Of a stretch of DNA of 64,000 nucleotides, positions 56,376 through 64,000 are shown piece after piece. Within the stretch, counting starts at the first letter, position 1; every line of letters begins with the position of its first letter. Position numbers and translations under genes: made by a program. The stretch is from the human T2T-CHM13v2.0 reference genome, Homo sapiens, in NCBI RefSeq assembly GCF_009914755.1, contig NC_060934.1; one strand, written 5' to 3'. Under the pieces are notes generated by a model. That model made no database searches and was not told where the DNA came from. It worked only from the letters and a program-made list of their open reading frames with translations.

Positions 56376-57342
56376 CTATTTTTAATTTATTCTCTATTTT
56401 AGTAATCATGTGGGATGTTGAACTTTGTCAAATAATTTTTCTGCATAAAGTAACTATGTACATTTTGCCTCTTTGGGTTATTAATAAGGTATAATATATT
56501 CACAATTTTCCTAATATTGACTCACCTTTGCAGTGCAGGAGGAACTCAATTGGTAATGAGGTATTTTTTTAAGTACTGCTGAATTACAATTGCCCTTGTT
56601 TTATTGAGATTTTTACATAAATGTTGATACGTGAGCTTTGCTCTGTCTTGTCAAGTTTTGATGTCAGTGTTAAACTTCTACAAATATAATATGAAGGATT
56701 TCCTCTTTTGATGTTTTGGAACATTTTAAATTCTATCCAATTTACCCTTAAACTTTTTAAAGAATCAACAGTGAAACCAAGTGGACCTTGAGATTTTAAG
56801 AAGATCTTCTGTAGCTTTTTCAGCTGCTTCCATTGACCCACTAGGCAGGGGATTATTTGGCTTTTGTCTGTATTTCTGTCTTTAAAGAACCAGCTCTCCT
56901 CCACAATTCTACTGTATTTCTTTCTTCTGAATACATGGTTGGATTTTGTGAATTTTTTCTTTTATATACTCTGTAGATTTCTGTATTGGGTGAACTTATT
57001 CCCATTTATACACATTAATATATGATATTTATTTAGTATTTATTCCACTTCATCTTAGGTTTACTATTATCACTACTGCTACCATATATATGTATAATCT
57101 TTTTTGTATTTGGTCTTAGAGGTGTGTGTGTGTATACTTCTTTGGATAATTTTGAAAGCTTGTTTTCTGCAATTGGGGGATTTTCTGAGGCAGTCATAAC
57201 TTTACTATCACTAACTCTCTACTTCTTGATTTAGCAACTTCAGACTGCATCTGTTGATTTCTAGTTATACAGGAATATCAAAGAAATGATCACAAATAAA
57301 CCTCCTCCCATTTCTCTCCTTTCCCCTCTATGCCTGATTTTA

Positions 57343-57690
57343 TTTTTAACTTTCATTTTAGGCTCAGTGGTACATGTGCAGGTTTGTTATATAGGTAAAA
57401 TTGTGTCATGGGGCTTTGTTGTACAAATTATTTCATCACCCAGGTACTAAGCTTAGTACCCAATACTTATATTTTCTGATCCTCTCCCTCCTCCCACCAT
57501 CTATCCTTAAGCAGGCCCCAGTGTCTGTTGTTCCTTTTTATGTGTCCATGTGTTCTCATCATTTAGCTCCCACTTATAAGTAAGAACATGCGGCATTTGG
57601 TCTTTTGTTCCTGCATTAGTTTGCTAAGGATAATGACCTCCAGCTCCATTCATGTTCCTGCAAATGACATGATCTCGCTCTGTTTCATGC
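57343..57690 (-). mobile_element. Short 5'-truncated L1PA15/16-like 3' end
   Basis: L1 3'UTR; TSD at(g/a)cctgattt on both sides. Confidence 0.85.
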
Positions 57691-58070
57691 CATACCTGAT
57701 TTATATTATGTTATCATTTTTTACATTGTCAAAGCTTATAACACTTATATTCTGTAACCATGTTTCCCATCATTTTTTAGTCTTAATTCTATATTTAAAT
57801 TAATTGAGTCCTTCTTACCAGACTTTTTTAGTGTGATATTTCTCTTTCCTTCCTAGTTGTTTGGTTTTGATTTTTTGTGTTTTTTCTAAAAGGGCATGTG
57901 GTTCCTGGGTTTGTTTATGGTTAAGGCTATTTGTCTGTCTCTTGCCTTTATATTTGAATGTCAGCTTGATTGAGAAAAATACTCTTCTCTTTCTCAATAT
58001 GTGGCAGATATTGAATAATTCTTAGAGAAGTCTGAGGCTATTCTGATTTTATTTTCCTGGTAAATAATTA

Positions 58071-58378
<308 letters not shown>

Positions 58379-58824
58379 GAAGTATATGTCTGGATACTTA
58401 AATAATTTTGTCTTAATGAATTGCAAACCAACTAGGATATATCTCAATGTTGGTGCTCCTATATCAATTTTTTTTTTCAGGAAAAAGATGTTTTAGATTA
58501 ATTCTTTCCTCTAATCAGGACAAAAAAAAACTCTTCTGTTGGTTTTTAAGTATATTTTCTGATTCATTTGACAGCTTCTTTAATTCCAAGACATTGATTG
58601 CTTTTATTGTGATTAGTCTTTGTCTTTGAGACATCTTCTCTTCTCTTTAAATTGCTTTAGTGTCTTTGTCTTTAAAAAAGTCTTCAGACGCTGTGTTTGC
58701 CAAGCCTTTCCCATATCAGTCATTTGATCTTAGGTTGTGTCTGTTCTGTTCTTTGCTGTTTCTAATTTTTTTAATGGCTCTGTAAGAAAGTTGTTTTGGC
58801 TCTTAATTTTTTTCCTAAACTATG

Positions 58825-59635
<811 letters not shown>

Positions 59636-59675
59636 TTATCTTTCAAATTTTTAAAATTTTCATTAAATTCTTCTG

Positions 59676-59955
59676 TAGCTACACTATCCAATATAGTAAC
59701 CACAAGCCACAAGAGACTATGAGCAATTGAAATGCAACTACTCTTAACTGAGATGTGCTGTAAGTGTAAACTATACACCAAATTCAAAGACTTTGTATAT
59801 ATAAATGCAAAATATCTCAATAATTTTTGTATTGATTACATGTTGAAATAATATTTAGGTAATGGGTAATTACAATGTATTATTACAGCTCATTTCATCT
59901 ATTTTCTAAAAAGCATTTTATTTTGGTTACTTAAAATGTTTAAATTACATATATT
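59676..59955. mobile_element. MER33/MER3-like hAT-Charlie transposon
   Basis: 'gagatgtgctgtaagtgtaaactatacacc', 'attgattacatgttgaaata'. Confidence 0.7.
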
Positions 59956-60639
59956 CTTCCAGAACAGATTTTTTATCTTTATCTTGCATGTTACATTTCA
60001 TTTTTTTCTTTTTACTTAGGGGAGGGGGATTTAATAAGTTTACTCAGATACCATACTATTTTGTTTTTTTCTTTCACCTTACTGTGCATATCTGTCCAGA
60101 AATGCCATTTCTACATCTATAATGTGGGTATATTCTTTTAACTCAGCCTGGATGACAGAGTGAAATTGTTTCTAAAAAACAACCCACAATATTTCAAAAG
60201 ACTCAAATCAAACCTCTGAGATGAAAACTACATTGTCTGCGATGAAAAATTCACTGGATGGTATGGATGGCAGATCAGACATTGCAGAAGGAAAGATTAG
60301 TGAACCTGATGATTTAGCAACTGAAACTATCCAAAAAGAAAGAGAGAGAGAAAAGATGAGAAAAAATGAAGAAGGCATCAGTGAGGACAGTAAAACTTCC
60401 AGTGGCTCGATGTATATGTAATTGGAGCCACCTAAGGAGTGAAAGAGGGGGGTGAGGAACAGAAAATAGTTAAGAAAAAGTGTCCCGAATATTTCCAAAT
60501 TAGACAGAATTATAAACCATAGACAAAAGAAGATCAGCGAGCCCCAAACCCAAGAAAAATGAGAACTACACTAAGGTTTATCACAAATTGCCAAGATCTT
60601 TGATAAAGAACAATTATTAAAAACAGCAAGAGAAGAAGA

Positions 60640-60768
60640 TAGTCCTCACTTAAGGTCATCGATAGATTCTTGGAAACTGTAACTTTAAGTGAAATGACAT
60701 ATAACAAATCCAGGTTTTTTTTGCTCATCACTGTTTTAATGAAATGATGTTTTTTAAGGATTTGCTGT
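60640..60768. mobile_element. MER6-like Tigger relic (internally deleted)
   Basis: 'gtcctcacttaaggtcatcgatagattcttggaaactg'. Confidence 0.6.
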
Positions 60769-61346
60769 ATGTCATTTTGCTTTAAGTCTTTCAGGAAGAA
60801 GAAAATATTAGACGGAAAACTACACCAAGAGATAAAGAGCATTAGAAATAATAACTATGTGGCTAAATAAAACAGAATGCTTTTTTACCACTTAATTATC
60901 TTTAAAAGATAATAAACTGCTTGGAGCAGAAATAACAATATTTTGTGAAGTTTATGTAATCTGCAGAAATAAAATGTTTAGCAATAGCATAAAGGCTTGA
61001 GGGGGCAAATGGAAGCATACTGCTACAAGGTTCTTACCCTAAATAAGAAGTGGCATAATATCCCTTAAAGGTTAAAAGTAGACTCATAAGGATGTGTACT
61101 GTAAAGTGTAAATTAACATCTGAAATAATACAAGTTATAGTTAATATGCCAACAAAGGAAATAGAATACAATTTTATCTAAACATTTGAAAAAGAAATAA
61201 TACTAATTTTATGCAAAACTCAAATAATTCAAAATAAGGCTGAACAAGAGAAAAGGGGATGCAAAGAATAGGTGGGAAAAATAGAAGCCAGATAACAAGA
61301 AAGTGTGTTTGGATCCAATCATACAAATTAATGTAATGGTCTAACC

Positions 61347-61572
61347 CGGGGTGGGGGAGGGGGATGGTTTTCGGATGAAACTGTTCCATCGGAGATCATC
61401 AAGCATTAGATTCTCATAAGCAGCACGCAGTCTAGATCCCTTGCATACACACTTCGCATTAGGGTTCATACCCTATTAGAGTCGAATGCCACAACTGATC
61501 TGACAGGAGGTGGATCTCAGGTGGAGTTCACGGACAGATACCAGTCTGTGGCCCGGGATTTGGGGACCACTG
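61347..61572 (+). mobile_element. MER1B-like hAT transposon
   Basis: 'gcattagattctcataag', end 'ttggggaccactg'; perfect 8-bp TSD gtctaacc. Confidence 0.85.
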
Positions 61573-62261
61573 GTCTAACCACCCAAAGTAAAAGGCAAGA
61601 TTATTACATAGGATTAAAGAAGAAAGATCCAACTATGTGCTACCTGCAAGAAAGCCATTTTAAACACAAAGACTCAGGAAGGTTAAAAGTCATGATATTA
61701 AAAAAAGATATAACATGTTAACACTAACTAAAACTGGTTATACTCATATCAGGGGCTATTTTAGAACAAAGAAAATTTCCAGGGATAAAGAGGATCATAT
61801 AATCATAAAAGGATCAATTCAACACGAGGACACACAAATCCTAAATGTTCATATACCTAACAGAACATTTTTTGCTCCTAATAGTACAAAAAATGATAAG
61901 AGCTACAAGAAAAAATAGACAAATCCACAACTAAAATTGCAGGTTTCAACACACCGTTTTGTCTATATTTGATAGAAGGGTGTTGAAACCTGCAAAATCA
62001 GAAAGAATATGGGAGACTTGCGTAATACAATCAACCAAACTGACTTAGCTGACATTTATAGAACATCCATTTAACAAGTGAAGAGTGTGAATTCTTGTCA
62101 AGTGCATGTGGAACATTTACCAGAGAGTACATATTCTGGGTCACGAAACAAGTCTTAATAAATTTAAGTTTTCAAGTCATGCAAAATATGACTTCTGACC
62201 ACAATTTAAGTAAATTAAAAATAAAACACCATATAACCATAAAATGCAATAATAATTGTCT

Positions 62262-62640
62262 ACTAAAAGGAATGAAATATTGATACATATTACAACATGT
62301 ATGAATCTCAAAAACACTATGATATATAAAAGACGCCAGTCACAAAAAACCAGGTATTATACAATTCCATTTATATGAAATGTCCACCATAAACAAATGT
62401 ATAGAGAAAGTAGATTCGTGGATGTCTCAGTCTAGGGAGGTAGGGTTGGGGGTGCAGAGGAAGAACAGGGAGTGGCCATTAATGGGTACAAGGTCTCTTT
62501 TGAAAATAATGAACATGTCCTAAAATTAGGTTGCTGTGATGTTGTACAACTCTGTGAATATACCAAAATATTTAATTTTATACTTTAAATGGGTGGAATT
62601 GATAGTACATGCATTACATATCAGTAAAAGCCATTAAAAA
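62262..62640 (+). mobile_element. L1MB/MC 3'-end fragment nested in the older L1
   Basis: 'aaaaggaatgaaatattgatacat...ttccatttatatgaaatgtcca...tactttaaatgggtg'. Confidence 0.7.
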
Positions 62641-63247
62641 TACAATATAGAACTATCTGAAAAATTCACCAATATTTTGAAATTAAATAGCACACTTCTA
62701 AGTAAGCCATGGGTTAAAAAAATTAAAGGGTAAAGTAGAAAGTACTTTAAATTAGATGAAAATAAAAATAAAATGTACAAGTCATACAGTACTTAGAGGG
62801 AATTTGGTAGCACTACATATCCATACTAGAAGAGAAAAATGTCCTCAAAATGACCCAGGTTTTACCCTAAAAAACTAGAAGAAAGTCAGTGAAACCCAAA
62901 GGAAGCAGAAGAGGAAGCAGAAGAAAGGAAATAATAAAATTCAGAAAAGGAATCAATGAACTAGAAATCAGAAAAATAGAGGAAAATTCATGAAATCAAA
63001 GTTTAATCTTTTTATAGATCCTTGAAAAGATCTATAAAAATGATAAAATTATAACTGATCAAGGGAAAATAGAGAAAATACAAATTTCCATGAACAAAAA
63101 TGAGAGAATGATGTCATTACAGATTCTACAGACACTAAAAGGATAATAAGGGACTACTGTATGCCAGTTAATTCAAGAATGTAAGTGAAATGACAAATTC
63201 CTTGGAAGACACAAATAATCAAAACTCACTGAAGAAGAAATAGCTGG

Positions 63248-63622
<375 letters not shown>

Positions 63623-64000
63623 TTAATTGCATTAGTAGGAAAACTCTTCCCACAGAGAAAATTACGGGCTTTGCTGGTGAATGATTTCAATTATTTTTTT
63701 TTTAAATACTATTTTAGAAAACTCTTCCAGAAGGAAATACTTCCCAACTTCTTCTACAAGATTTTGGTATTACTCTGATAATGAAACCAGACAAAAATAT
63801 TACAAGAAAATAAAATAACAGACCAATATATCTCATGAACATAGATGAAAAATTCTTTAAAAAATTTTTAGCAGATCAAATTTAGTAATGTATAAAAAGG
63901 ATAACTCATCATTAGTAAGTGAGGTTTATCCCAGGAATGTGAGGTTGATTAAAAATTTAAAAATCAAGCAGTGCAATTTACCATATTAACAGATGAAAAA

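Overview
Repeat-dense primate (hominoid, probably human) genomic DNA. I could not identify an intact protein-coding gene, tRNA/rRNA or CRISPR. Nearly every ORF in the track is L1, ERV, Alu or retrocopy sequence. Main structures: (1) an L1PB-like element with a twin-priming 5' inversion (1-1218); (2) a full-length L1PA2/3-like element (8926-14973, minus) inserted with a perfect 15-bp TSD into ORF1 of an older full-length L1PA6-like element (~4490-16506); the older copy keeps the 129-bp ZNF93-binding 5'UTR segment and an open ORF0 frame, and the younger has lost both; (3) a two-LTR ERV9/LTR12F-type provirus (23892-31544) nested in an Alu nested in an L1MA; it has a tRNA-Pro-like PBS, and a second, HERV-I/IP-like pol fragment (tether plus RNase H) sits where integrase and env-SU should be, so it appears recombinant; (4) a nested retrocopy stack: an RPL29 processed pseudogene inside an ADIPOR1 processed pseudogene, itself split by an MST LTR that contains an Alu; (5) about 20 Alus, DNA-transposon relics, solo LTRs and several short hairpins. 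No new enzymatic system is supported. The strongest leads are the mosaic provirus, the retrocopy-in-retrocopy stack, and the ZNF93/ORF0 contrast in the nested L1s. Subfamily names come from recalled consensus features and need Dfam/RepeatMasker confirmation.
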